64,000 bases of DNA from Styela clava (lineage: Eukaryota): contig NC_135261.1 of NCBI RefSeq assembly GCF_964204865.1, positions 18,724,001-18,788,000 of the forward strand. Reading direction: 5' to 3'. The position numbers and the translations under genes were made by a program. The notes beneath the pieces are model-generated. The model had not been told where the DNA came from. It saw nothing but the letters and a program-made list of their open reading frames with translations, and made no database searches. Below are positions 26,763 to 39,900 of the stretch, one piece after another. Numbering within the stretch: position 1 is the stretch's first letter; every line of letters begins with the position of its first letter.

Positions 26763-28419
26763 TCTTTTCCAGGAAGGGGTTTTATAGTTAAAGTATGAGC
26801 ATTTGAAGTAAAATATCGTACATATTCTTGATTCACTTAAAATGAGAATTTCGCCCAAATTATTTATTTGTTTTTGTTGTAACGGGGTAGTAAACAGTCA
26901 CGAAATGCAAAAAGGGTAAACTGCATGAAGAGTCTGTATTATAAATGAAGACTGTATGAACTATATCACGGTAAACTATTGATCTGAATTTTATTGTTCA
27001 TAGTTAAATCGTTTGGGCATTTGAATCTATCCTGTCAACATTCTGCCATATCTAGAAAGAAAAACAAATTATATAAACTTGCCTTCTCAATCAACTTCAA
27101 AACTTACTCTAGCGCCAATCTTATTGTTGAGTTTCCTTCGTAGATCAGGCTATACACAATCTTGCTTCGCAAATAATATTGTTTATGAAATATAGTTTAT
27201 GAGTATGCTTACAGTATTCGAATTGACTCATATTGCATCAAATGTGAGTTAAGGTGGAAAGGAGATATTGTCATATTGATTTTGACTACATGAGAACCAA
27301 GATGAATTAAATCCACAGCAACATAGATGCACATTTTGAGTTTCATCACGCTTTTTTGTTGTAAGTGGGGTTATAAGTTACCACAATAAGTACTATTATG
27401 AAATTATTGTGGCAACGCAATCTTTTAACACATCATTTTGAATACATAATGTTACTTTTTTATTTAAACGATAAATTGCCAGACTAATACGAACTAGTTA
27501 GTTTTCTTTACTTCCGTTTACGACTTGTATGATATTCGAGTTTTTCATAATTGCATTGTTGAATGACGTACTTTTCTTTTTATTTATTTTGATTTCAATT
27601 TCCGTTTACATTATTTCTTACTTTGAATTCATCTTTACTTCTAATATTGTAATTTATTTTCGACAATGACTGACAGCTTGCTTGTGACATAAAATATTAA
27701 AACAACTCAATACATCGCATTTATTGGCTGAGAGTGTCAAAACTGGTACTGTGTTACGCCTTTATGTCCTCTCCTCATACCATTGATTTTTAACATCAAT
27801 ATAAGCCGTATATTGTTATGGTTGTCAAGAGTAGAATACCGGTATGTAGGTAGGTATTTCCACCTTACGGAAGATTGCTTACTTTCCTTTTTGTTGTTGT
27901 TTCCTTATCGTACAAATCACACACTTTTGGCTATAGAAAAGGTCGCAATATTTTGTCATGGCATATTATTCCAATGTTTCAATATTCGCACCAAGGTAGG
28001 TAAGATGTACAGGGAATTGAGTAGTTTGGCAGGTATTTAGGAACATAAATATCATGTGGACGGGAGAGACAGATGTTTTTTGATCATCTTCCTGCTCTGA
28101 CAACACCAGAACTGTGAATAAATGAAACGCGTAAATATTCATGGTACATAGTTTATAGCATAGGTAAATATTTTCGGGTTTATTCTCCAAATGTAAACAA
28201 ATATGTGTGACTATATACATGCATGAGGCTGTACACGCATGCAGATAAACCTCCGAACGCTGAAAGTACGTTTTATAGTATTTCACATTACACAAGCCTC
28301 GCAATTGCGCAGAGACAAATTTGAGAAGAAAGGCGGTGGACGACAGTGGGGCACGTAAGTGAGTGAGTAGTGTATTATGTACGTAGCTAGGCAGGTTCAG
28401 TTGTTAGACTCACAGTATG

Positions 28420-28967
28420 GAAAACTTTGACTTTAAGTACAATCAAATGCTTATATAGGACCATGTTCGGAGAGAAATCAGTGAATAAACGTCGTATCAA
28501 AAAATGACTCGTATAATCATACGCAAACAGAAGTTCAAGCGCAAATTGAATTGAATTATTTTTTTGGACATAGTAAAGAATTTTTTGGTTTCCGTTTTCT
28601 AGATAACCCTGAATTTCTAGAAGCGAAAATGCACCACTACCATTGGGTTTATACTTTCAAACTCATGTTCAGTGTTTCATCTTTTTGGGAACAGAATCAA
28701 ATTGAAAAATTCTCACGAGTGAGATCGGTTTAAAAGTTTTTTATTGCTCTTGCCAGCTCATTCTTGGCAGAGCGAGACTCAGGACAGGTTTTGACTGAAA
28801 AGAAGTCAGATATTATCAAGCTGGTGGCATTTCACTAGGCTCAACCTTCACATTATACTAATGATAAATGAAGAATAAAGTTGCTTTGACTTTTTTGTTA
28901 GGGGGGCGTGTGCTAGTTAAAAAGTCGTTCAAGGGGGCGCTGGCAGAAAAAAGTTTGGGAAACACAG
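28420..28967 (+). pseudogene. Degraded hAT (Charlie/Buster-type) transposase 3' end with right TIR
   Basis: The frame of ORF 28551 continues FWEQNQIEKFSRVRSV*KFFIALASSFLAERDSGQVLTEKK, resembling the hATC dimerisation motif FW...IAFPSSYLVERGFS...LTKKR. It is followed by the TIR-like AAGTTTGGGAAACACAG. The left boundary is uncertain. Confidence 0.6.
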
Positions 28968-29270
28968 CTAAAGCCTCTGCCGGACTGTCAGTATCAATAG
29001 GTTCATTAGATAGAATGTCATTGTTTGATTGCCCCACAGTTAGAGCTCCCTATGTATTAGCGTTTATGTTTAACATTATTTTTCAATCTTCATGGAACTA
29101 CGCGATTAGGAATCAAATGACGCTCTACTCGCGAATGTTCGATGAATACAAGTTATGGAAGAATTTATCAGTACTGTGTCATCAAAGGCCGTTTCCAAAC
29201 TGAGGTAGATTTTCGTTGAAGCGGTTTTCAAAAATTCATTAGTGTAAAAAAACTGAGTAAACTCCATGTA

Positions 29271-29467
29271 ATCGTGTGGCGCATCGAGTTAAGCGCTAGG
29301 AATACGCTTGCCACTTCACCTATGCTCACCCTGCGTTCGCAATCATGCGCGAGAGGATTGCTGGACTTGCGCCGTAGGGTGGTTCACGAGTACGAGGCCG
29401 TTGTTCGCCATAATAAAGTCCTCTTAACGCTTTTTCTTTGCCTCAGAATAACTATGTAAATCCTATT
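29271..29467 (+). mobile_element. Degenerate, internally deleted tRNA-derived SINE
   Basis: Head GTGTGGCGCATCGAGTTAAGCG.TAGGAATACGC, core GAGAGGATTGCTGGACT and tail TATGTAAATCCTAT are shared with the 32163 copy. Confidence 0.75.
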
Positions 29468-29924
29468 TTAAAAGCGGTGATAAGTAAGATCAAATCCAAG
29501 GCTGGGGATAAAACTCAAAATAAAATTGATTGGGTTTTGAAATCAGCCCATAATTAATGTCTTCAACAGCTGTCGCTGATGTGAACGCACAGGTACTAGA
29601 AATATAAAACTTTGATATCCGGCGACCTCTTTTTTATACTTGCAAAAAACGAGGAAGAGCGGGAATATAGATTACCAACTTTAGGATATCGCCGCCGAAA
29701 CAATCGCGGTGACAAAGACAATCAGCGAATATGATAAAATTAACCAATAACATTAACCAGTAAAAAAACGCTTTATTACCGACTTTTCAATGTTTCTATT
29801 AATTTCCAAAGGGAGTATCGACCTCCAACGTTCTGGATCCCTGTTATGTATAAAAATATTCAAATTAATCAATTCGAAAAAATATTAGATTTTGCCCACC
29901 CTAGCCATTTAATTTGGCTTTGAG

Positions 29925-31377
29925 GGCGCGGCGGTGTGGCTCAACGGGTTAAGCGTTAGGAATACGCTCGCCACCGCACCTCTAATTACTCTGCGTGGGT
30001 TCGCAAGTTCGATTCCCATGCAGGGATGGTTATGTGCGAGAGGATTGCTGGACTCCTCGCCGTCGTTGGGTGGTTCACGTAACCGCTTGTCGGTTACGGC
30101 TTCCTCCACCACCAAGTCCATGCTTCCGAAAACAAACAATACAGCAGTATGTTCCCCAGCTTTTCTCTTTAGGGGGGGTGTTTCAAAATTTAGGGGGTGG
30201 TAAATAATTTGCTATTAGAGATAAAACTAGGCTATTTGTATTCTTAAAAAAATGGTATGTATTTAAGAAACGATGTACATGGGGGGGCCCCAAGTTGATT
30301 GACATCAAGCCAAAATCCAGAGCAGAATGAAATTGTAGGGCCAGAAAAGGGGAGCGAGGAAAAGTGCGGGACGACACGGCTGGGGTTCAGGGCGCGCTTA
30401 AGCGCCCTGAGAAAATTTTGAGAAATAGGCACCAAAATAGGCTCTAAGCTTGATTTTAGATACACCTAGCATCGCAGTTTGTTATGTAATAAAATCAATA
30501 ATTATAATATTTACCTGATAGAATTCTCGGGGAATAGATAACAAGCACGGCTTTCAACCGTAAATATATACTACCACGTTTCAACAAGTAATTTGCAACT
30601 GATAGTGACTAATGAAGTTACTTGCTCATCTGACATTGTATGAATGGCTACTTATGGCTTGTTTTGTTACACATTTCTAATTGTTTTGAACATGTTTGTT
30701 TGACTTTTGTATGAATTAAATTTTGAAATACGCTCGTCAACTGATCATAATGTTGTATTCCTTCAGAACTGAAATATTTTGTAAGGAGACAAATCGCTGA
30801 AGTTTGATTCTTTTCAATAAAGAAATGAAAACGCTGTCATTCATCTAAAAAACGTCTGTTTTCAGTTCCTAGTTTTCGTTTTGTGACATCTTTAAGCCTT
30901 CTTAATATATGGCTGATATCTAAAATACTGCAGTGTGTAATCATAATACCCATACCTATACATAAGATACCGGAATAATTCAATTGTTACGAAATAAACG
31001 TGCTTAAACTGTGATAATGATGTAACAATAAACGGTATCTAAACTCAAAAGGTACCACATGAAGGGTTAAACTATTTCACTCAAGTTCGGCGGGCCATTT
31101 TAAATCGTCACGCGGGCCGTAATTGGCCCGCAGACTGCGGTTTAGAACCCCTCAGTGTGGAATCGCACCTCAAAATTAGGGGGGGTGTTTGAAATTTTAG
31201 GGGGGGTGTTCACCCCCTATAGGGGGGGTGTAGGGAAATCACTGCAATACAGTATAACTAACTAATCCCATACCCGACTTGGAATGGTAACCGGACGAGA
31301 GGCCGTGGTTCGCCATATGGATAAGCCGTCTTATCGGCTTTCCTCTCCCCGGGGATAAATATGTAAATCTAATCCTA
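29925..31377 (+). mobile_element. tRNA-derived SINE split by a nested DNA transposon
   Basis: 29925-30144 matches the 5' part of SINE 32163-32511 and 31245-31377 matches its 3' part. Confidence 0.88.
30145..31244. mobile_element. 1.1-kb non-autonomous hAT element inserted in the SINE
   Basis: Exact 8-bp TSD CAATACAG (30137-30144 and 31245-31252), imperfect TIRs CAGTATGTTCCC / GGGAAATCACTG, and G-run subterminal repeats. Confidence 0.85.
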
Positions 31378-31938
31378 AATTGATTTATATTAAGTTTGTC
31401 AAAGCGGGTCGTAATCGTGGAGGATGCAAGGTGCAGTAGCTGGTTGAGATGATCGCCAGATATTTCGGGACTATATTCGATTACTGAAACAAAATTAAAA
31501 TGCTCCAGAAATTAAAATAATCATTGGGTTTTTGATTTATACATAATATTCGGAAATGCGACAAAAACTGAAAAATCCACGAAAGTGAGCCAGTGAAACA
31601 GACATGTCTAAAATCTCTTCAAATGAAAAGTGTCGGAGTGGCCGCGAAAACGCTTACTGTTGCGTCACTTTTGCATATTGTAGATTAGTCAACGCTACGC
31701 AAATAAAAACGGGGGAATCCACTCGGCTAACTGATAAACTACCGCATTTTAATTTCAAGTCAATGATTAGTTTTCAATAAAAATTTTTCTTTGAAAGTAT
31801 TTGATTTTTAAAGCATTAACTAGATCCGCAGGAAAGGTTGAAAAGCCTAGTTTGAGAATCACCCCAGAGTTAGAAGATCCATCATGGTTTACTAGCGCCG
31901 CAAGTGTAAGTCGTATATTTCTTAGCTACAGCGAAAGC

Positions 31939-31952
31939 GTTGACATGGTAAC
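31939..31952. promoter_or_regulatory. RFX X-box (GTTGACATGGTAAC) in the likely CFAP65 promoter
   Basis: 14-bp imperfect palindrome close to the X-box consensus GTTGCCATGGCAAC. It lies in a CpG-containing region 2 kb upstream of the ATG of a motile-cilia gene. Confidence 0.7.
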
Positions 31953-32162
31953 TAATATATCGCAGTCGGTGTATCAACAACACCACTGCAGCAATAATGC
32001 GATATCAAACATTGAAATTTTCTGTTATTCTGTCAACTTTAATTTCGCGACATACTCCTATCTTCGCAGAGGAATATCACGGTATCGTCGCGTATCAGAT
32101 TGTCAGTGTTTTGTTAAAGTATCTTACTTATGTATATCTACAATTTCTGAATTTAGACTTTA

Positions 32163-32511
32163 GGCGCGGCGGTGTGGCTCAACGGGCTATGCGTTAGGAA
32201 TACGCTCGCCACCGCACCTCTAATTACTTTGCATGGGTTCGCAGGTTCGAATCCCATGCAGGGATGGTTATGTGCAAGAGGATTGCTGGACTCCTCGTCG
32301 TCGTTGGGTGGTTCACGTAACCGCTGGTCGGTTACGGCTTCCTCCACCACCAAGTCCTGAAGTCCATGCTTCCGAAAACAAACAATATACCTAATCTCAT
32401 ACCCGACTTGGAATGGTAACCGGACAAGATGGCCGTGGTTCGCCATATAGATAAGCCGTCTTATCGGCTTTCCTCTTCCCCGGGATAAATATGTAAATCC
32501 TATCCTATCCT
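32163..32511 (+). mobile_element. Full-length tRNA-derived SINE (about 350 bp)
   Basis: A-box TGGCTCAACGGG (32175), B-box GGTTCGAATCCC (32244), internal hairpin GTAACC/GGTTAC, 3' hairpin AAGCCG/CGGCTT and a (TCCTA)n tail. Multiple copies occur in the window. Confidence 0.9.
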
Positions 32512-33653
32512 TATACTGTTAATGTAAAACCCGCCAACTTCTTTTGCCTTTGGTAATTTTTAAAGTAAATCCTCATTCCTCTGATTCTGTTATCATCTTC
32601 AATCGCGCAGTCTAATATATTTTTTTACTAAAAAAATCACCTTTTTTCAAAAAAAATGACACTTCGTTTTTGAGCCGCCCAAAGCGTTAGTTCTACCAAC
32701 GAAAACTTTGTCAAAATATCGCAATTTGATAAAGGGTGTTTTCAATGTATGTAAAATATTAGACTGATCTTGTTATGCCAAAGGAGATTCGACGTGAATT
32801 GAAAATTCAAATAAATAAATTTTATCAAAATAACAGCATTTTATGCATTCGTTGAACTTGAAGTAACCCCGATGTTGATGACTATTTGCTCACTTTGAAG
32901 CTGACATCATGTTGCATATCTGTTACAGATTTGACATTGAGACATCGACGGGTTAGCGTAGATTTGAAAATAGCATCGAAATTCTTATGATTTGATCAAA
33001 ATTGTTTAAATATACACATGAACAGTTTTCTGCATATCTACGTATGTGTGTGTGAATTAATTTATATACTTTCGGGTTAAAAAAGATCTTTGAAATCTGG
33101 TATATTGGTCTTCGGGTTTGGGGTGATGTACCACCTAAAATAAAAAATGTTCAGCTAATACATTCAACAAGAATATGGAAAAGATCTTGTTGTCCAAGTA
33201 CACAGATGTGTATACTTATGCCTGATATATTGTAATAGTAAATCTGTTAATTTAGATTATGTAATATGTTATGAAACCTTCATTTTACTATTACATAATT
33301 AATTACACATTAGTATTTCATTGTTTTATTTTTGAGTTTATGTAACTTCTTCTGAATGTGGGAGTTATTCTTAGAATCTGAGAACTCTGTCATACTGTAT
33401 TTATGGAATGTTTTATACTACCTCAACTTGTCATTTGTAAACTAATTCTGGAGCAAGTTTTTTCCGCGAACATGATTTGTCTAATTTTCTCATTCAAAAC
33501 AAGAATTATACTAATGCTTTGCTAATATTGTGATTTTATTCAATTTTTTCAATTTTCTGGATTAATATGCAATAAGAATTAAATCATTATCATTGCTTAT
33601 TATGTAATTTTTCAATAGAATACCTAACACAGCAACAGTAAATAATGATTAAT

Positions 33654-33866
33654 GGGTACTGCCGTAGTATCTGTACGGGGTTAGGGTTAGGCCCTAATTT
33701 TTTTTCGATTTCCCTTATTTTAGTTCTATCAAGTGTTCAGGGACTGTCTTTGTTAGCCAAGTGGATATACCCCCTGCCCATAGCTTTCAGTCCCTTTACA
33801 CAACTTGATGTAAAGTAGGCGAACAAAATTAGTTACCTCCATATTGATACACATACTTCTGGAGCG
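33654..33866. mobile_element. MITE family A, subfamily B
   Basis: Closely similar to 63567-63781. Lies about 100 bp upstream of the CFAP65 ATG. Confidence 0.85.
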
Positions 33867-33963
33867 ATTAATGTCTACAGTGTAATGTTACAGATATGGA
33901 TGGTCTAAAGTTAACTAGTAGTTTTGTATTTTGAGTGCATTTGTACATAAAAAGCATAATTTC

Positions 33964-36900
33964 ATGATGGCTTCAGGGATGATACTACCAGAACAATCTG
34001 GATTAAAACTGGGAACTAGCTTCAATGAACCTTTTCCAGTTAAAGTAAGTAGTTAGTATTTATTTCATTGCAATAGTTTAATGATATCCATGTGACCAAG
34101 TAGTTTTTAGTTTTTATAAGTTTTGTCTCTTTATACTTGCTGGAATGAGTGAAAATATGAAAAGAAAAGAGGTTTATTTGAATAAGGGCAACATGGGCTT
34201 ATGTCTGTATGTAATATGACACTAATGACTGGGAGTTTGTGATATGAATAGGACTCCCTACTAGTGTTGAAATAGTCTTTTTGTTATAACTATTGCCTAT
34301 CAGTCCCAACTATCCTCAATCATAGTAAGCTGAAATTAAAAAAGAAACAGAAAGATCTTTGTATGGTTAGGTTTCAACAAAGCTAGTTAATCAGAATTTA
34401 CTTATCTATGAAAAATTAAATTAATTTCTTGTAAAATCAGTTTTGTCAAATTTTCAATGTTTGTATAATAAGAATATGAGATGCAATCTTACAGGTGGTC
34501 AATCTATCATGAAATAAGCATGAAAATATCCTCCTTCTTTTTTGTCAGTAAACAAAATTGGGACCTCCTGAAGTATGTGCACCAAGATGGCGCACAACCT
34601 GAACATGTACCAGATTAGGGTTAGCGACATCTTAGTGCGCATACTTCAGGAGCACCCAAAATCATGCTTGTAGATTAAAACATACCAATGACTCTAGATT
34701 TTTGCACATGATTTATTTTACTATAATCTTATTTGTTTTATTCAAACAGTCTGGAGTTATCTCAAAGACATTGAGTCCAGCTCCGCCACCAGCATCTGCA
34801 GCTCGTACTGCACCTTTGTCAAGGAGATATAGAAAAAATCTGGTATCTCAGAATAGGTGAAAAATATTATAGGATATTTCATTTCTATTGAACTTATATA
34901 AAAACACTGAAGTTTCAAAAGCTTCATAGATATTTTACAATATACACATTATAAGTCAAGCTTGGAGTCTCGTGTCACTCATCATTTACTGGACCACAAT
35001 AAATCTGTATCTGTTTCACTATCTATCGGTATTCCAGTTCTATATTTCTTCTTTACTTCTGATGTGAGACCTTAATAATTTGCGTAAATGCTCTTTTAAA
35101 ATATTTACAGTGATATTAGGTGTATTAAATTTTAGATCAGAGCATCCCACATCAAGACAAAGATCTTTAATAAAATCCAGTGCTTCAGCGAATACACAGC
35201 CACTGGGGTAAGATATGTTATTTTTTTGTTGTTTGTTCAAAGAATTTATTTTCCACCAAACTTGAAAAGTGTGATTTTTGTGCGATAATACATTAAGTGA
35301 AATTGATATTTTAATAACGAAATTGGCCCCATGTAAATTGAAATCATGATTTATATCAAATTTTATAATTCAGCAGCAGTTGCTCATTTGTCTAATTATG
35401 TTAGCTCGAGATTTTAGATTACGGTAATGCTTTGCTCTGTCTGCCTGTTGACTGGTGTCACTACCTCACACAGATTGTATCAACCTATTAAACTAAGCAA
35501 GTTATGCTAAAGCATAAAGATCCTGGCTCGGCGGTGTGACGCATCATGCTAAGCGTTAGGGATACGCTCGCCACCGCACCTCCGATTATCTTGCGTGGGT
35601 TCGCAGGTTTGAATCCCATGCAGGGATAGTTATGTGCGAAAGGACACCTCGCAGCCGTAGGTTGGTTCACATAATAGCTGGGTGATTTTGGCTTCCTCCA
35701 CCATCCTTCCGAAAACAAATAACTGGCTAACTAATCCCATACCCAATATGAACTGGTAACCCGATGAGCACCCTTGGTTCGCCATATGATTAAGCTCTGT
35801 CTTAATGACTTTCTTCTCCCCCTGGATAAATATGTGAATCCTATCCTATCCTGGCCCTTTCATATTTTTGTGAATGCTTCTATAGAAAATTGGGTGCTCC
35901 AGAAGTATGCGCACGAAAATGTGGCACAAACTGAATCCTAACCGGTACACACATACCATGTTCAGGTTGTGCGCCATCTTGGTGCGCATACTTCTGGAGG
36001 TCCGAAAAATGTTCCTATCCTAACTTTGAATCTTTTTGTTATATTGAACTTATAGTTTCAAGATACAGGTTTACATACAAGTTCAGTGACTCAATAATGT
36101 CTGTATCATATAGGAACATGTATATTTATCCAATTACAGAGGACTTGGCTTAGAAGTTAAACCAAATGAAATAATATGGCGAGGATGGGAACCTGGAGAA
36201 GAATATACTAAAAGTTTAACTCTAAAGAATATTCACATAAAAACACAAAAGATAAGGTACTGTGATTTAAACGCCATGCAAATGAAATTTAATTTATTTG
36301 TTCCACGACTTAGCTTGTATCAAGTATGAATGTTTTACCCTTTATCATTATGATCAGGAAGTTTGTATAAGAAGTAAAATATCTGAATTTATGTTTTTTT
36401 TACCAGTGTACCTGTATTTTCCATTTAAGACCAATTAATACCCGGTATGTAAATTATGGTAAATGATTCATTTGAACATTTAGAGTGCTTAGTGTGTCCC
36501 TGGAACTATGCTGTTATCCTAGTTCATCAAAGAGATTAATTGTTGAATAATATGTGACCCAAAGAAGTTCATGGCTATTTATGCTATTTTGAAATTTAGT
36601 AACTCTCTGTCTATGTGTAATGATTCTCTGTAGGCCTATAATGTTTCGTTTAGATCCACCTAAGAAATAAGATATTGACTTCGGGCTTTAAATTTTGTTT
36701 ATTGAAAAGTATGATATTTTGCATGTCATCACAAAATCCCAAAATTTTGGTTTAAATTGATCTTGTAATATCTTTTTTGTGGTCAAGGTTTGATATTTTA
36801 TTCATATGAATAATAATATTCTAATAATAATGAAGTACAAAGTATGGTAAAATTTTTAATTTAAACATTATCGCTTACACAAATTTACACAATGTGTCTT

Positions 36901-39900
36901 TGTTTCATTCGAATATTTTATGAAAGGTTTTTGAACTACCGGTAGGCATGTCATGGAATCGTTTATTGCAATAAATAGAATATGCCAATCTATTAAAAAA
37001 AAGGTTTCATATTTAAGTTAACTTGCAGATGCTGGAAGTATCTTTTTCAACCCAATGCTTTTATCAATACTTCCCATTTTATCTAGATACAAAGTTCCAT
37101 CATCTCGATTCTTCAGCACATTATTTCCTCAAGTTATTGTATTAAGTGCGGGCACAAGTTTTACATTGCCTTTAACTTTCAAACCCCTTGAAAAGGTATG
37201 TTATGGCCAGTGATCTATTTATGTATATATTGATTTACTATTCGATTAAGATTTATGGGGTCGGGGTATTTAAGTTACCAAAGTTCTGTTATCTTCAGCA
37301 AATATGGCTTTGGCAAGCTGGGATGTTCAGAAGTTTATTAAATGAAATATAACAATCTTTAAAAAACTATTGATAGAGAATTTGAATAACCAATATTTTT
37401 TTTGAAAAATTTACCAATAATGTTTCAAAAGTTTGAATTTTTACAAACTTGTAAGATAAAGTTTGCCACATACATTGTTTTTCTGTAATATGAGGTTATT
37501 AATAAGATCAGCATTTCCCAACCTATAAGTCTCGAACCGCCAACCCAAAGCTAGGTGCCTGAAAAGCAGCTTAGGTCGCTTGTTTTTTTCAACGAAAACT
37601 CGCGGACATAAATGTACTACATACGTTTAGTATTTGAGCATATCCTCGGATCGTTATTTTTTACAAAGTTAATTTTTTTTTTAAATTTGGGCCTTTCACA
37701 ATAATGTTTGGTGCCACTAATCTAGATTATACAAAATCAAATTTGACTTGAAAAATCTCAAATCCTTTAGATATGATTGGAAGGTAACTAGAAATACCAT
37801 TATATAATATTCATTTCTTCGAAGATTGCCTATGATGACAGGATTGAGTTTATCACTTCAGAAGGAACTTTTTCAATTGTGCTTCGAGGTCTCCTGCCAG
37901 AAACAAACCTTCATCTGCCAGAAAGTCTGCACTTTGGTCTTGTAGCTGCTCATGATAATTTGGAAATTATGTTTGAATTAAAAAACATGAGGTTAGTATT
38001 TTTCACAATAATTTGTTGTTCGTGTAGATATTTTTTTTATAAATCTTTCTATATTTTTAAATTGATGGCTTATGTGCGAATTTTTATTGTTAAATTTTGC
38101 ATATCGATAATACGATTTCACAGTACATTTAGGGGATATACCACTGATGTGAGTTAGTTTGTTCCATGTCAAGGCCTTGTGTATAGATAAGGTGATGGAC
38201 ATGCACCCCTTTGCTTGAATGTTATTTGAACATTTTGTAATATGCGCCATAAAAAAACTAGATTTTTTGCATGCAAGTTATCATTGCAAACTCACAAAAT
38301 GCTAAGCTTGAAAAATTCTTTTCGTTCATACTATATTGAATGTAGCTGTTTTTAAATGTCATATCGAAATCTGATTTCGTTCAGTCATACATACAGCATA
38401 CTTGCTGTCTGATGTTTTGAGGTCCTCATTGGATCAAATTTCAAATATGGCTTTATTCTAGATTGTTGTAGAGCTTTGTTGCACACTAACACAAATGCTG
38501 CAGGATTACAGTGTGCAAAAAAAATTAAAATTCTGCTTTATTTGTGCTGTAGTACTATAAGTGAAGTGAGAGAATCCATTATTGGAAAGGCATGAATAGG
38601 GGAAGGATAGCTAGTTAGTCTTGCACAACCCCAACTGATAGTTAGTAAAGCCTTATTGTTATTCTATTTCTGATATATTCTTCTTATATTATTAGCACGG
38701 AATTGATGACAAATTTTTCTTGGGAAGTTCCAGAACCATTCACTATACTTCCACCAACTGGCTCTATACCACCACGGGGCTCATGCAGCCTAAAAGCTAT
38801 TTTTCGACCACTTTCCGCATCGGTTTTTGAAACACATGCAATTTGCTGCTATGGAGAGGATAATTTACTCAAAAAAGTGAAACTGGAAGGAATAGGTATG
38901 CGTATATGCTATTAATCACCATCAATTTCATGCTTCCAAACAAATAACTAACTAATCCCATACCCGACGTGGACTGGTAACCGGACGAGAGGCCGTGGTT
39001 CGTGTGTTTTGATTAAGTCGTATTATCAACTTTTCTCTCCCCCGCGATAAATATGTGAATCCTAAATAGAATTTATGTTTTCAGGCAAATATCCTCATTT
39101 GTTGGTTAACACCTCGGATAAAGCAATATCGAAATATCATGATGTGGCGGTACTAGATTTCAAAGAAGTTCGAGTACATGATACAGCTGTTCGACCAATG
39201 ATATTAAAGAATTTGTCACATGGTAAATTAGAATATAATTTTTAATTGGGGTCTTAACGTCTTCATTCTGATCAAGGCTCTAGATTAGGGTTTCCACATC
39301 AGATAAGACACAATTCCTGATAAATTTATGCCAGTTATGATTACCTATTTTTGCGAGTAAAACACTTTTATTATCCCAAATGCATACGAAATCAATACTA
39401 CTGTCATTTTCCGTGAAAATATGGTTGATACAGAACAAAATGAAAGCATCAAAATTGATTCAGTTTACTAAACCAAATACCTGTTGTTTCTGAAAACAGC
39501 AACATTTATCTAAACATATATATATACCACAGAATTAATACACAAGAGAGCATGAAAGGCAAATTCCACAAATAATGAATTGATTTATAAACAATAGTTT
39601 CTTAGACTTTGCATATTTTTACGAACGTCTAATCTTTTAATCAATAGTATTATCGACATTTTTGGTTAAAGAAAGTGTGATTGATTAGTGCGAATGGCTG
39701 CTCTTTCTCCTCACTGAGATTAAATCATGTCGGCAATTCTGTGTTTTTGGATTCTTATATTATTGTGTATTAAATTTGATAAATTGCTCGTTGGAAATTT
39801 TATTTTTATGAAAGGGGCAATTAAACTTTTTGTAATTCGATCTAGGAGTAATGATAATAAAAATTTGTGACCACTGCAATCTACGGTAAGACTGACAAAG

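Noticed and set aside
31801-32163. 120-aa ORF upstream of CFAP65
   Set aside because: TTG start, no recognisable motif, no phase-consistent link to CFAP65 exons, and it overlaps the likely promoter.
32163-32260. tRNA gene
   Set aside because: A- and B-boxes are present, but the spacing is too long, I found no clean cloverleaf, and the sequence continues into a repeated SINE body and tail.
29909-32446. Similar ORFs at 29934, 32172, 29909, 32153 (also 35488, 46991) suggesting a small gene family
   Set aside because: They are translations of SINE copies, mostly with non-ATG starts and with frame-breaking differences between copies.
26500-33900. A Wnt10 gene between Wnt6 and CFAP65, as expected from the ancestral cluster
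   Set aside because: No Wnt motifs were found in the ORF track or by reading. The interval is UTR, repeats and promoter.
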